From a virus (taxonomy: Duplodnaviria > Caudoviricetes), in IMG/VR virus record IMGVR_UViG_3300020048_000076, positions 1 to 64,000 of that record: a stretch of DNA of 64,000 bases; one strand, written 5' to 3'. Below are positions 36,155-47,600 of this stretch, in pieces. The stretch's first letter is position 1, and each line of letters starts with the position of its first letter. The notes beneath the pieces were generated by a model that was not told the DNA's origin, ran no database searches, and worked only from the letters and a program-made list of their open reading frames with translations. The position numbers and the translations under genes were made by a program.

Positions 36155-38071
36155 ATGTCATCAATAGATACTTTAATATCAAACGCTACAAGTAGAGCTA
36201 ATACTTACGCAAACGCAACTGATTTTTTAGTTACCGAACTGCGAACGTTTATTAACGATAACCCTATAACTATAGCAAAACAAAATCTCGATTTAACAAA
36301 CATAGCTTTACCTACGTATGTTAAACCAGCTAAAGACGCTACGGCAATGCCGGTGTATGAACCACCAAAATCTAAATTACCAACGACACCTAAATTAGCT
36401 GATATAAATCAAGTTATAGCACCAGCGGCTAGAACAGAACCTACGTTAAATTTCTCCGGACTTTTTCAACAAATAGCCCCGTCTTCCAATTTACCGGACT
36501 TTAACGAAGCAGAACCCGATTTAAACATAAATGCGTTAGTAGCTGAAATGGACGCTATTGCAGAACCCATTTTGCAAAACATTAATATCCCTACGTTAAC
36601 GCCGTTAAATATTGGTGTAGCACCTACGTTAAATATACCTACATTTGACGCACCGTTACCGCCTGATGCTATCAATGACCCGGTAAACTATGCAACCGTT
36701 ATGGATATTAAATATCAGCAAATGTTGCCTGAAATGCAGAACTACATTGATGATAAAGTAACCGGTTGGATTAATCAGTACGCTCCTGAGTATGCGTCTT
36801 GGAGTGCAACTATGCAAACCAAAGTCAGCAATGCTTTGAACGGAGAAGTGTTGCCAGAACAATACGAAACTGCCATGATCACAAGGGCTAGGGGGCGAGT
36901 TGAACGAGATTTTGATTCACTTGAGCAAGGTACATTAACTACCTATGCAAAACGTGGTTTTATGGAACCTCCAGGTGCTGTTATATCGGCTATGCTAACA
37001 GGCCGTTTAAAAAACGCTGAAGCTTTGGCCAATACCTCAACAGATATCTATATTAAAAAGACGGACGTTGAAGTACAGCACCTTCAGTTTGTTATGAATA
37101 TTGCTTCTACTCAAATACAAGGTACTCGCGGTATTGCCATTCAGTATGCGGGTGTAGTCGGCAACAGTATGCAACAAGCCGCTTCATACGCTTCAAACAT
37201 AGCAGATAAACACGCTAAGATTTTTGAACATTTAATGGCTAAATCAGACATAGCTATAAAAGTAATGGGTGCATTAAACGATCAATATCAAATCAGATTA
37301 AAAGCAGCGTTATCAGGTTTGGAAGGATATAAACTACAACTAGAAGCTGAGAAAGCTAAAAAAGACGTAGAGATTGCCCAAATACAATTTGTAGAAGGCC
37401 AGATAAAAATTCAACAACTTCAAGTAAGTACCTATACCGCTTTAATAGAAGCCGTATCGCGTAAATCTTCACTGGAAGAATTAAAACTTAAAGGGTATTC
37501 AATTAGAGCAGACGTTTATAAAGCAACCACCCAAGCTAAAGTAGCTGGGTTTGAAGTTTATAAAGCAGCATTATCTGGCGATAAAATGAAGATGGATGCT
37601 GAAATGACTAAACTCACGGTGTTTGAAGACTTGATCAAAATCGATCAGCTTAATTTAGAAACCCAAATAAAAACAATTGATGCTACAAAAGCCCATAACG
37701 ATGCACTGGTAGAAGTCTTCAAATCAGGCGGAGAAGTCTATAAACTGGACATTGAATCCGCTATACAAAAATTTACAGCCGGTGCTGAAGTTAAGAAATT
37801 AGCCCAAACTGTGTATACCACTGAATTAGAAAACGCAATTAGTTCGTTTAAAGCTAATCTGGAAGTACCATTAGTCATGTTGAACGCTGCAATTAAACAA
37901 TATGAACTATCTGTAAATACAGCGATAGAAGAAGCTAAACTAGACATACAACGTTTAAATCTATCAGAGGACGCTTCAAAAGCATCTGTTGGTGCTTATG
38001 GAGCCATGGCTGGAGCAGCGTTAGGCAGCTTGAATACTATGGCTTCATCTGCTCTTAGCGCAGCTGCATAG
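36155..38071 (+). CDS. probable internal virion (ejection) protein
   Basis: Long helical A/K/E-rich C-terminal half. Confidence 0.5.
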   Translation: MSSIDTLISNATSRANTYANATDFLVTELRTFINDNPITIAKQNLDLTNIALPTYVKPAKDATAMPVYEPPKSKLPTTPKLADINQVIAPAARTEPTLNFSGLFQQIAPSSNLPDFNEAEPDLNINALVAEMDAIAEPILQNINIPTLTPLNIGVAPTLNIPTFDAPLPPDAINDPVNYATVMDIKYQQMLPEMQNYIDDKVTGWINQYAPEYASWSATMQTKVSNALNGEVLPEQYETAMITRARGRVERDFDSLEQGTLTTYAKRGFMEPPGAVISAMLTGRLKNAEALANTSTDIYIKKTDVEVQHLQFVMNIASTQIQGTRGIAIQYAGVVGNSMQQAASYASNIADKHAKIFEHLMAKSDIAIKVMGALNDQYQIRLKAALSGLEGYKLQLEAEKAKKDVEIAQIQFVEGQIKIQQLQVSTYTALIEAVSRKSSLEELKLKGYSIRADVYKATTQAKVAGFEVYKAALSGDKMKMDAEMTKLTVFEDLIKIDQLNLETQIKTIDATKAHNDALVEVFKSGGEVYKLDIESAIQKFTAGAEVKKLAQTVYTTELENAISSFKANLEVPLVMLNAAIKQYELSVNTAIEEAKLDIQRLNLSEDASKASVGAYGAMAGAALGSLNTMASSALSAAA

Positions 38072-39518
38072 TAAAAACTATATTCCCACAATCATATATC
38101 CGAGAATAGCCATTGAGTACCATGTTTTGTTTCTCGGATAAAAATTCGTCATAAACAGAAAGTAAATTTTTTAGTTTATGCTTTTGAAATTGATACCTAG
38201 AATATCTAACGCCTTGTTTAACATAAAAATAGTTGGGTTTAGAAACATGAGATTCAATAAACCCAACGGTTCTATACCCTAAACCGTTAAAATAGCGTCT
38301 ATCACAAAAGGTTTTTATACCATCCGGCAAATAGGTTTTTATAAAATGTTTAATAAGCTTTGAAAAGCCACCTACAACAGACGTATTTATCTTGGTACAC
38401 AATCTAACCAACTCATACCAATTATCTGGCATATCGCCTAAAACCCGCCTCTTTTTTGAAAAAGTAGTAAGGGTTAGTAACTCACCGTTTTGATATAAAC
38501 CTAATAGAATTTCAGCGTTTGCATAACCTTGTAAATGATTGTTTTTTAAAAATTCCTTAGCTTCTTTTAGCGGTACGGTTTTAATAATTGTTTTACGAGC
38601 GTAGGTAATTGTATCAGTCAAACATAGCCTATTTTTTACTATAGATTTTACTATCTCTTTTTTATCACTCCACTCATCATCAAATACTTGAATAAGACCA
38701 CAACCGGCTTCAGTAGCCAAAACATGCTTATGCAGATGGTAGTTGGCATCCCTAAATCTATCGGAATGGTAGTAGATACCACAAAACTCTATGCCTAGTT
38801 TTTTAGCAGGTACAAAGCAATCTAACTCAAAAGGTTTAATAACGGTTCTATCAGATAACGTTGTCCCTACCAAAGAGGATATAAAACCGGATAACTCTAT
38901 TTCTCCATTAGAAGGACCAACAATCGAACAGGTTTTACAGCCTCTACCGTTTAAATGAGAATAAGGTTTTTGGTAAAAACGCCCATGTTCTGAACAAACT
39001 ATTTCTACTTTAATATTTGATTTAACATAGTTAACCAAAGAGTAGTCATATTTACCACCATGTACTCTTAAAGCTTTGGCAATGAAATCTTCTTGAGTAT
39101 CTCTTAGATTAATAGAATTAAAAACACCTACACATTTTACGCAACCATAACTGAGATGCTGGCTTGGGGATTGTAAAAAAATACCATGAAGTTTACATAT
39201 TATAGGTACTTTAACCATACGATTGGTATACACTATTTTTGAATAGTCATATTTATCACCGTGTACTTTTACTGCTTTTAATATAAACTCTTCTAAAGAA
39301 CCTCTATTAGAATCAGCTACTCTTAATACTGAACATTGTTGGCAACCTGCACCTTGTATATGGCCACCGGCTTTTTGTAAAAACTCACCGTGGATAGGGC
39401 AAATAATAGTTACATTATTTCTGGAAATAGTATAGTTTACTAAAGAGTAATCATATTTAAGACCATGAACTCTTTTAGCTTTTTCAATAAATTCGGGGGT
39501 TGTGCATTTAATAGCCAT
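38055..39518 (-). CDS. Hef-like free-standing homing endonuclease with three zinc-ribbon repeats
   Basis: Three FI.KA..VHG.KYDYS...C..HG.F.Q...H..G.GC..C units, ELDCFVPAKKLGIEFCGIYYHS nuclease segment, RIYDCG C-terminus; antisense to the operon. Confidence 0.8.
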   Translation of the reverse strand: MAIKCTTPEFIEKAKRVHGLKYDYSLVNYTISRNNVTIICPIHGEFLQKAGGHIQGAGCQQCSVLRVADSNRGSLEEFILKAVKVHGDKYDYSKIVYTNRMVKVPIICKLHGIFLQSPSQHLSYGCVKCVGVFNSINLRDTQEDFIAKALRVHGGKYDYSLVNYVKSNIKVEIVCSEHGRFYQKPYSHLNGRGCKTCSIVGPSNGEIELSGFISSLVGTTLSDRTVIKPFELDCFVPAKKLGIEFCGIYYHSDRFRDANYHLHKHVLATEAGCGLIQVFDDEWSDKKEIVKSIVKNRLCLTDTITYARKTIIKTVPLKEAKEFLKNNHLQGYANAEILLGLYQNGELLTLTTFSKKRRVLGDMPDNWYELVRLCTKINTSVVGGFSKLIKHFIKTYLPDGIKTFCDRRYFNGLGYRTVGFIESHVSKPNYFYVKQGVRYSRYQFQKHKLKNLLSVYDEFLSEKQNMVLNGYSRIYDCGNIVFTMQLR

Positions 39519-39618
39519 AAAAACTCAGTTAGTTTTGTCAGTAGAGGGTTGGATGTGGCGGGTGCGTTACTGAAGCGCATTTTTTCTCCGTCGAGATAGC
39601 CACGTAATTAGCATACCA
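39519..39618 (-). promoter_or_regulatory. extended -10 promoter and structured 5' leader of the endonuclease gene
   Basis: TGGTATGCT, then a GTGGC/GCCAC stem enclosing two hairpins; loop CTTCAGTAA is complementary to downstream TACTGA and AACTGAG. Confidence 0.55.
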
Positions 39619-39713
39619 CAACATATATTGAATATAAACAGAATATGATACAATAAATGCAAATATTATAAATAAAACCCTAATATTATTAATTATTTAA
39701 TAGGACTCAAATA

Positions 39714-41585
39714 ATGGCCACAGATTTAAATCAACTTCCATCCGTTGCTCAACCGGCCATTCAACCTATATCTCGAATACCAGCGGTCATTCCTATGAAT
39801 GAGCATCCGGGAACTAGAGTTATACCAACTACGTTACCACCTCCTATGCAAGGCGAGGTAATTGATCAAGCTGTATCCCCTACACCTGTTAATACGCCTA
39901 TCGTATCAGATATGAGTAGCCCAGTTGCGCCAGCTGTTACACCTAAGCCAGCTGTTACACCTACACCTACACCTATAGCAGCAGCACCTATAGCAACTAC
40001 ACCTATGCCATCGATAACCGATACTGTAAAAGGGGTAGCTGGTAATGCCATGGATGCCGTAAAGAACAAAGCTGTTGATATGTACAACAACGATTCCCAA
40101 GGCAATCCTGAAAACCCATTACAAGCGACTACACGTAGAATGGGTACTGCCGGAGGAATTATAAAAAACAAAGCATCTGATTTTGTAGAAGGGTTAAAAC
40201 AATCTCCCGCTTCCGTATTGGAAGCAGCAAGACCTTTAGTTGAAGCAGTACCTAAAGTATTAGTTGGAAGTAAAGGGGTTGCTAATTTAGAAAAATTTGC
40301 TGGTACAGGTGCCAGTAACTTAACCACTAAAATAGGTGAAAAAGCACAAGAGGCTAAATCAGCACGAAGGTCAAAAACAGAACAACAAATTGAAGCGATA
40401 CAAAAAGGTATTGGTTCAGGATTTGGCGGAATGCAAGTATTAAAAAATCTAGCTAACATACCTGCTAATGCACCTGCTGATAAAGCTCTTGCTGATAAAG
40501 CTGCTGTTGATAAAACTGCTGTTGATAAAGCTGCTGTTGATAAAGCTGCTGTTGATAAAGCCGCCACTGCACCAGAAGCAACCGCCACTCAATCTGTACA
40601 ACCTTATAGCAGCACTGGTAAACCGGTTAGTACATTAGATGTAACAACACCTACTGGCGGAACCGGTAGAGTACAGTTTGCTGATGGAAGAAAGCTTTCT
40701 GATGCCTCTATGCAAAACATACAAGGTGTTATGAAAAGAGAAGCTGATCCTGCTTTTAAAGCAAGACTAGCTGAAGAAAACGCCAGAGTAGAAAAAAGAA
40801 TGGCCGAAGGTAGAGCTTCTAACGCACCTGCTCAACAACAAGTACAGCAAGTACAACAGCAACAAGCACCTGACTACTCAGGCGATATAGAAGAACTAAT
40901 GTCTCAAATGCCTAGCGGATCGTCTACTGACAGTTTAGGTACGATGATAGCTAATAAATCAAAAAGAGCCGGTATTTTAGCAAGAGTGGGCGCTTTACAA
41001 AATGCTCAAAAGATGGCCGGAGAACGTGCTTCTGACGCTAATAGATTAGCTGCTGAACAAGCTCGTGCTCAAACCGCTGCTCAAACTGAACAAACAAGGT
41101 TAAATGAAGCCCGTCAAGATCGATTATCCGGTAGAGATTTAGAAGAGCGTAAGTTTGCACAAGGACAGGAAAACATTGAAGCTACTAGAGGAGCAACAGC
41201 AGCTGAAAGAGAAGCTACACATGGATATCAGCAAGCTACGTTACAACAAAGAGCGGATATCGCTGCAAATACGCCACGTCCCTATACGATAGGCGGAGAA
41301 AAAGTTAATGTTACACCAGCTGAAGTTCCAGCATTACAAAAACAATATGAAATATCTCAATACGAACATCCTGAAGGCCGTGGATGGTTTGAATCAGATA
41401 CAGCTCAAAAAACAAGGGAACAAGCAGGAGATACTGCAAGATGGGCTAAAGAACACCCTCAAGAAGCTAAAAAAGAAAGTAACGATGCCGACATGAATAC
41501 TCTTTTGATGAGTGATGCAACTAAAGAGACAAAAGATAATGCTTTAGAAGCTTATAAACAGCGATACGGAACGTCATTTAGATAG
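39714..41585 (+). CDS. probable internal virion protein, low complexity
   Basis: P/A/T-rich N-terminus; six 15-bp units at 40476-40565 (ADKAL/VDKAA). Confidence 0.55.
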   Translation: MATDLNQLPSVAQPAIQPISRIPAVIPMNEHPGTRVIPTTLPPPMQGEVIDQAVSPTPVNTPIVSDMSSPVAPAVTPKPAVTPTPTPIAAAPIATTPMPSITDTVKGVAGNAMDAVKNKAVDMYNNDSQGNPENPLQATTRRMGTAGGIIKNKASDFVEGLKQSPASVLEAARPLVEAVPKVLVGSKGVANLEKFAGTGASNLTTKIGEKAQEAKSARRSKTEQQIEAIQKGIGSGFGGMQVLKNLANIPANAPADKALADKAAVDKTAVDKAAVDKAAVDKAATAPEATATQSVQPYSSTGKPVSTLDVTTPTGGTGRVQFADGRKLSDASMQNIQGVMKREADPAFKARLAEENARVEKRMAEGRASNAPAQQQVQQVQQQQAPDYSGDIEELMSQMPSGSSTDSLGTMIANKSKRAGILARVGALQNAQKMAGERASDANRLAAEQARAQTAAQTEQTRLNEARQDRLSGRDLEERKFAQGQENIEATRGATAAEREATHGYQQATLQQRADIAANTPRPYTIGGEKVNVTPAEVPALQKQYEISQYEHPEGRGWFESDTAQKTREQAGDTARWAKEHPQEAKKESNDADMNTLLMSDATKETKDNALEAYKQRYGTSFR

Positions 41586-41639
41586 TGTGTATACTCCACA
41601 TATAAATTTTAAAAAATACATTTTAAAGGATATTAAATA

Positions 41640-44600
41640 ATGCCATCCAGCTCTCTTAATTTAGACGAAATTCTAGCAAACGCTTCTTCTACTAATACCT
41701 CTAAAGGAGCCCCTAAATCATCAGAACTGGACAAAATATTAGCTCCTTATGCAACTAAAACGCCAGAGCAAGTAGAACCAGAAACAGAACAAGGTAACAT
41801 AGGTACTGACGTATTAAAATCAGTAGTTAGAGGTGCAGCGGGTATACCCGAAGCTTTAGCCGAACCTGTTCAAACCGTAGCCGGCGGTGCCGGTAAGCTG
41901 CTTGATATCGCAGCTGGAGAACAAGCTGAAGTAGGGCCAGCAGAAGCAGGTGTAGCCGAATACGGCGGCCTGATGCGTGAAGCCACTACTCGAAAATTAA
42001 AGAAAGCAGCCGCAGAAGCACTACCTTATTCAACCGCTACCCAAGCTTCACAAGAAGAGTTCGGTAAACAATTAGCCGATATCCAAGCTAACAAAGAAAT
42101 GGGCTTGCCTGAGCGTGTTTATGAATCAGGTAAAGCGGCTATTACCCACCCAAGAGCGGCTATCCCATCAATCGGTGAAAGCGGAACACAGTTCTTAGCT
42201 GGCGGAGCAGCGGGTAAAGCATTAGGATTAGGCGCCAGCGCCTTTAAACAAGCCGTTGGTATTAACGCCTTGTTGGAAGGGGGTGGCGGTAGTGAAGGTG
42301 CAAGAGAAGAAATCGCTAACACACCGGTAGAAGAATTACGTAAAGCGCCACGCTTTCAAGAATTAGAAACCCAATACGGTACTGATAAAGCGTTAAAGAT
42401 TGCCCAAGAATTAGCAGGTTCAGCTGCATTTACACCCTCTGCTATCGGCGGCGGTGCGGCTACTGCACTTACAGGCGGTGGTGCCGGCGGACGTTTATTA
42501 GAAAGTGCTTTTGGTACTGGCGCTAGAGAAACGATACAACCGGGTCTTAAAGGCATAGCTAGGTACGCGGCTAAAGAAGTACCTAAGTACATGGCCAAAG
42601 AAATACCTGAAGAAACGATTCAAGGTGTTACCGGACAATTAGGACAAAACATTGCGGCTCAACCTTATACTGGCGTACCTTTAACTGAAGGTTTGGTAGA
42701 ACAAGGCGTAGCCAGTGGTCTACAAGGTGCAATCGGCGGTGGTGTTTACGGTGGTGCTGGTGTAGGTACAGATATAGCAAGAACATCTTTAGAACGTAGA
42801 CGTGATGCAGCAGGAGCGATTGATGAAGGAAACCTTGACACTACAGGCACTGGAACAGCTTTACTTGGCGCAGACGGAAGCGTTATCCCAGCTGGTACTA
42901 CGGGTGCAGGAACTGGAGGAGCAGGTGGCGGTCAAGCACAAGGTGACGTTGACCGTACTGGAGCAGCACAAGCAGGTGCTGGAACAACAGCGGCTCAAGG
43001 TGCAGCTCCAACAAGGACTGAGCAGGTAACATCCGATTTAATTAATACTTTAACAACAGCAATAACCACTAACCCAACTACTGGCGTTACATCTAAAGCC
43101 GCTTTGGCCGGTGTTACTTCAGGTGTAGCAGCACCTATAATAGACGCGGCAACTCAAGATACACAAGAAGCTCAAGCCGCTTTAGAAGCGCAACAAGATC
43201 AAGATGCTCAAGATGCGCAAGCTCTATCTACGCAACGCGATGTAGATATTCCAGCAGAAATATTTACAGGGTCTACAATAGATGGTAAGAAACCTGAAAA
43301 AGTTGCTTTTATTGATGATACATTAAACCAATACGATTTTGCTATTAGTGATTTATTAGATCAAAAAAGACAAGCTGTAGAAAACGGAACGACACCACCT
43401 GTCGCTAACTTAGGAAGATTAAGAACGATAGCAAAAGATTTAGGTGCGCCGTATTTAAAATCCAGTGAAGGCGATTTAATACACAATATTACACTTCGAT
43501 TATCACAACTTAGAACGATACAACAAGAAACAACAGAAAATGGCCTTAAAGAAACAACTACACCAACTACAGCAGCACAACCAACAACACCAGGAGCAGG
43601 TACTACTGAACAGGCACCTCCTCCAATGGGCGAAGCCCAAGGTGAAACCGTCACTCCTCCAACGGGTACGGAAGCTACTACAGGATTAACATTTAATGAC
43701 CAAGGCGAAGACACAACCCAGATCGATAAAGAAGGGCAAGAAGACCAAGGGCAAGAAGAGCAAAAAGTAGCGCCTGTAGAACAGCATTTAGTCAATAACG
43801 TAAAAGTTAATCTTAATAGCTTAACACCGACGCAACGAACTGAATGGGATGCGGCTAACGAAAACTATAACCTTGAAATAGGATATGCAAATAGTATTAG
43901 TGACTCTCAAGAACGAGGTAAACGTTTAAATGCGGCTGGCCAAAAGCTATCTGCTGAGAGAAGACGTATTACCGGACTTTATACGGATAAAGAACGTGTA
44001 AAAAATGTTGCTTTTGCTAATAAAATTAGAGAGGGTGCGCCTTTACAAACTAAAGATGGTGAGCAAGTTACGGCTGTATCTACACCTTCCTATGGAAAAG
44101 TAAAAGTAAGATCAGCTTCTGGCGTAGAGAGTTCTATCCCAACTAGCGATCTTAAAGTAACCCCCGTTCAATTGCCAAGAGCAGAAACAATAACCCTACC
44201 TGATGGAACTTTAGAATTTGTTGGCTATAAAACAGAAGAAAAAGCGCCAGAAGCAAAACAAGCACCTGTATCAGCAGCAGCTGATCAACAACAAGCCCCC
44301 AGCGAAGCCGCTATTGAAGCAAAAGAAGCTTACCCTTTAACCGGTGCTGATTTCCAAGGTATTCATGTCGCTATTGAAAACCCAGCGGGAACTGTTCGCT
44401 CCGGTACAGATGCCAACGGTGAAAAATGGGAAATACAATTAAAAGATAACTATGGAAGTATGCCTAATGTAAGGGGTGCGGATAAAGATCATCTTGATGT
44501 ATTTACACCTGTTGGGCTTACCAAAGAACAAGAAGATAAAACTAAATACGCTTACGTAGTTGATCAGTATGTAGTTGATGATAACGGTAAACAGACAAAT

Positions 44601-47600
44601 CAATTTGATGAGCATAAGGTTATGCTCGGTTACCCTAGTCTAGCTGCGGCTAAAGAAGCATACTTAAGAAATTACAATCCCGGTTGGAGTGGCTTTGGCG
44701 CTATTACCGCTATGTCAATGGCCGATCTAAAAGCTAAGACTAATGAAGTTTGGGATAAACCAATAAAGCCTAAAAAGGTAAGAAAAGCAAAAGCCGCTTT
44801 TTACACAGCACCATCTGGATTAGAAGAGCTTCAAGGCGCTATTAAAAAATTAGGCGGCATTAGAGATGCTAACGGACCTAAATCGGCTTTTTCTGATTAT
44901 AGGGGAAGGCGTTATCAAGCCATTTTTAATAACGGTACTAATGCGTTAACCATGGATGACATGGCAACTTCTTTAAATCAATACGGCTATGATATAGACG
45001 GTGAAAATGGTTTATCAGAATTGCTATATGACTCATTAAGAGGAAATGAATACTACACGCCAGCTGGCCATGAAAATCTATTGGCTATTCAAGAAAAAGA
45101 AAATTTCAATGATGAGCAAGCAAGACAATTACAAAAATATGAAGATGCTGTAGAAGAAGGGCTTATAGATAGCACAGATTTTGACGATGCTATTGGATAT
45201 TTAGAAGACGATTTTAACTTCGGTGACATAGTAACCGGAGAAGACCTTAATGACTTTTGGGGATTTAACGATGAATATGACGAGAGAACAGATGTTGGCG
45301 GTTTTGAAGGCGGCGAAGAGGCGGCAGGAGGAGAAACAGAAGAAGTAACACCTTATACACCGGGTGCGCCTTTATTAAAGACCTATACCCAAGAAGAAAT
45401 ACTCGATCAGCAAAATGAAGCTAAACGATTAGCAGCTGAAAAAGCGGCTGCTGATTTAGCTGCGGAGCAAAAAGCCCAAGCAGATAGAGAAGTTGATACG
45501 TTTCAAGACTGGATGTTAGGACTTGGCGGTACAGCAACTACTGATATGTTTGCCGAAGAAGGCATTAAGAACTTAGGCGGAGCTGAACCCGTACAGAAAA
45601 CAGAAACTAACGGCATAAAACAGCCTGAATTAAATAGTGATGACCTAGCAAAACACATAGCGGATGCAGCAAGGGATAAAGGCTATAGCTGGAGTAAGAA
45701 TAAAGACGGAACGTTTGATATAAAATCAAACGGTGTCCACATTGCTACAGCTGCATATCAACCTGATTCTGCTGAAGAACTAACGGCCTTAGTATTAAAA
45801 AACTATAAGACCGCATTAGATCGTGAAGGTAAGGAATTACCTAGCAACCCAAAAGAAATGACTCGTGATCAATTTTATATTGCTAGTAGATTCGGAAAAA
45901 TAATTAACGATTTTGAAATTAGCGGGGATGACATAGCCAACAAGACTGGCGGCATAACGACTAATGAATATGGCGGGTTTGCGATTGATCACGATGCGCT
46001 ATATGACCGATTACAGAAAACAGACCTTGCACCTAGAATTTCTAAAGCGCAATTAGCAGATAGACTATTCAGTGCGGTTATGTTCTATTTGAAAAACCAT
46101 CCATCCAGCGATGGCAAACCATATAGAGCTTTAGCAAAAGCCGCTAAAACCAATCAAAAAGCAGCTGAAATATTCAGTTTTGTAAAAAGCGTAAATGCTA
46201 ATTTTATTAAGCTAGATAAAGCGGATTGGCAAACAGCGGATGCAGAATTAACTAAACAGTTAGAGTCTTTACCGGAAGAGCTGTCTAAAGAATACGAACG
46301 TATATTAGGTGCGGGTCTTAATGCTGTTGATTTTGAACAGTCTATTAAAGACATGCAAGAAAATCTAACCCCAGCTGAAATAAAGGCGCTTGCTACTGAA
46401 ACTAAAGCTGATATAGAAGGGGAAGAAGCCACTAAAAAAATAGAGCAGTATAAACCTCAGTTTAGTAGGCAAGAACAACGTATTTTAGGTAAGTCAAGAA
46501 AAGGATTATCAAATAAAGAAGTTTTAGATCGTATTCCTGAATTAGCAGAACACGCTAAAAAAATGCGTGAAGCAGATTATATTACGGACGAAATGCGAGT
46601 AGAGCATCAAAGACTGGTTGATTTATATAAACCAGTTGAACCGTATGAATCAGTGCCAGAACCAGTGCCTGAAAAACAAGCAAGATTTGCTTTAGCAAAT
46701 GGTAAAGGGCAAAGTGAGAAGAAAGCGGATAAGTATGGTTTACCAGCTGCATTCTTTAAACTAGGTGACTGGGTACAATTTAGATTAGATATACCTTCGT
46801 ATTCTCAAAACAATACTTGGATAAATTCTATACACACTCCAAAATCAATGACGGGTACTGATGCTTCATTTAAAGCAGGTCCTGTTGTTGGGTATGAATC
46901 TGCTAGTGCCGCCACCAATGTAAAATTTGGTGTAGGCCAAGATGACTCTTTAGATATTGCAACAGGTAAAAATAAAGGGACTATTGCCACAATACTTGGC
47001 CAATGGAAACCAATGTCTAATGAAGAGATGTACGAACGAGCCCAAGCTATTGTAAATCAAACTGCTCCAGATTATGCACAATGGACTCAAGTTGGTATGG
47101 ATCCGGAACGACATAGTTATTTTTATGACAGGGTTAACCAAGATGTCGTAGATAGCGCCGATGAAGTTATACAAATAGGACCGTTAGTTTTAGCTAAGAA
47201 TGTGGTTTTTGGTGAAAAGAACCTTCCAAACCGCTATAGTAGACTAGAAGCGAAAAACGTAAATACGTTTGCCAATGCCCAAGAAGCTGAAAATGAATTA
47301 ATTGATCAGTTTGGTCCTGGCATTGCCAACCTTATTAATACTAAAGTCCTTAACCTTACCCAAGGCCGTGACTCTTGGCCAGAATCGGCTAGAAAAGCAG
47401 CTGAAGGTTTCTTTACTGAAGCGGTTTACCTTAACGGTAAGGTCTATATCGATTTGCAGTCTACTGCTAGATATAGAATGAAGGCTGTTATCTTACATGA
47501 ATTAGGTGAGCATTTTAATCTTGAGCGGATGCTTGGCTTAAAAGGCTACGCTGATTTACAAAACCAAATTCGTAATCAATCAAGAGTAGAAGGTTCTGAA

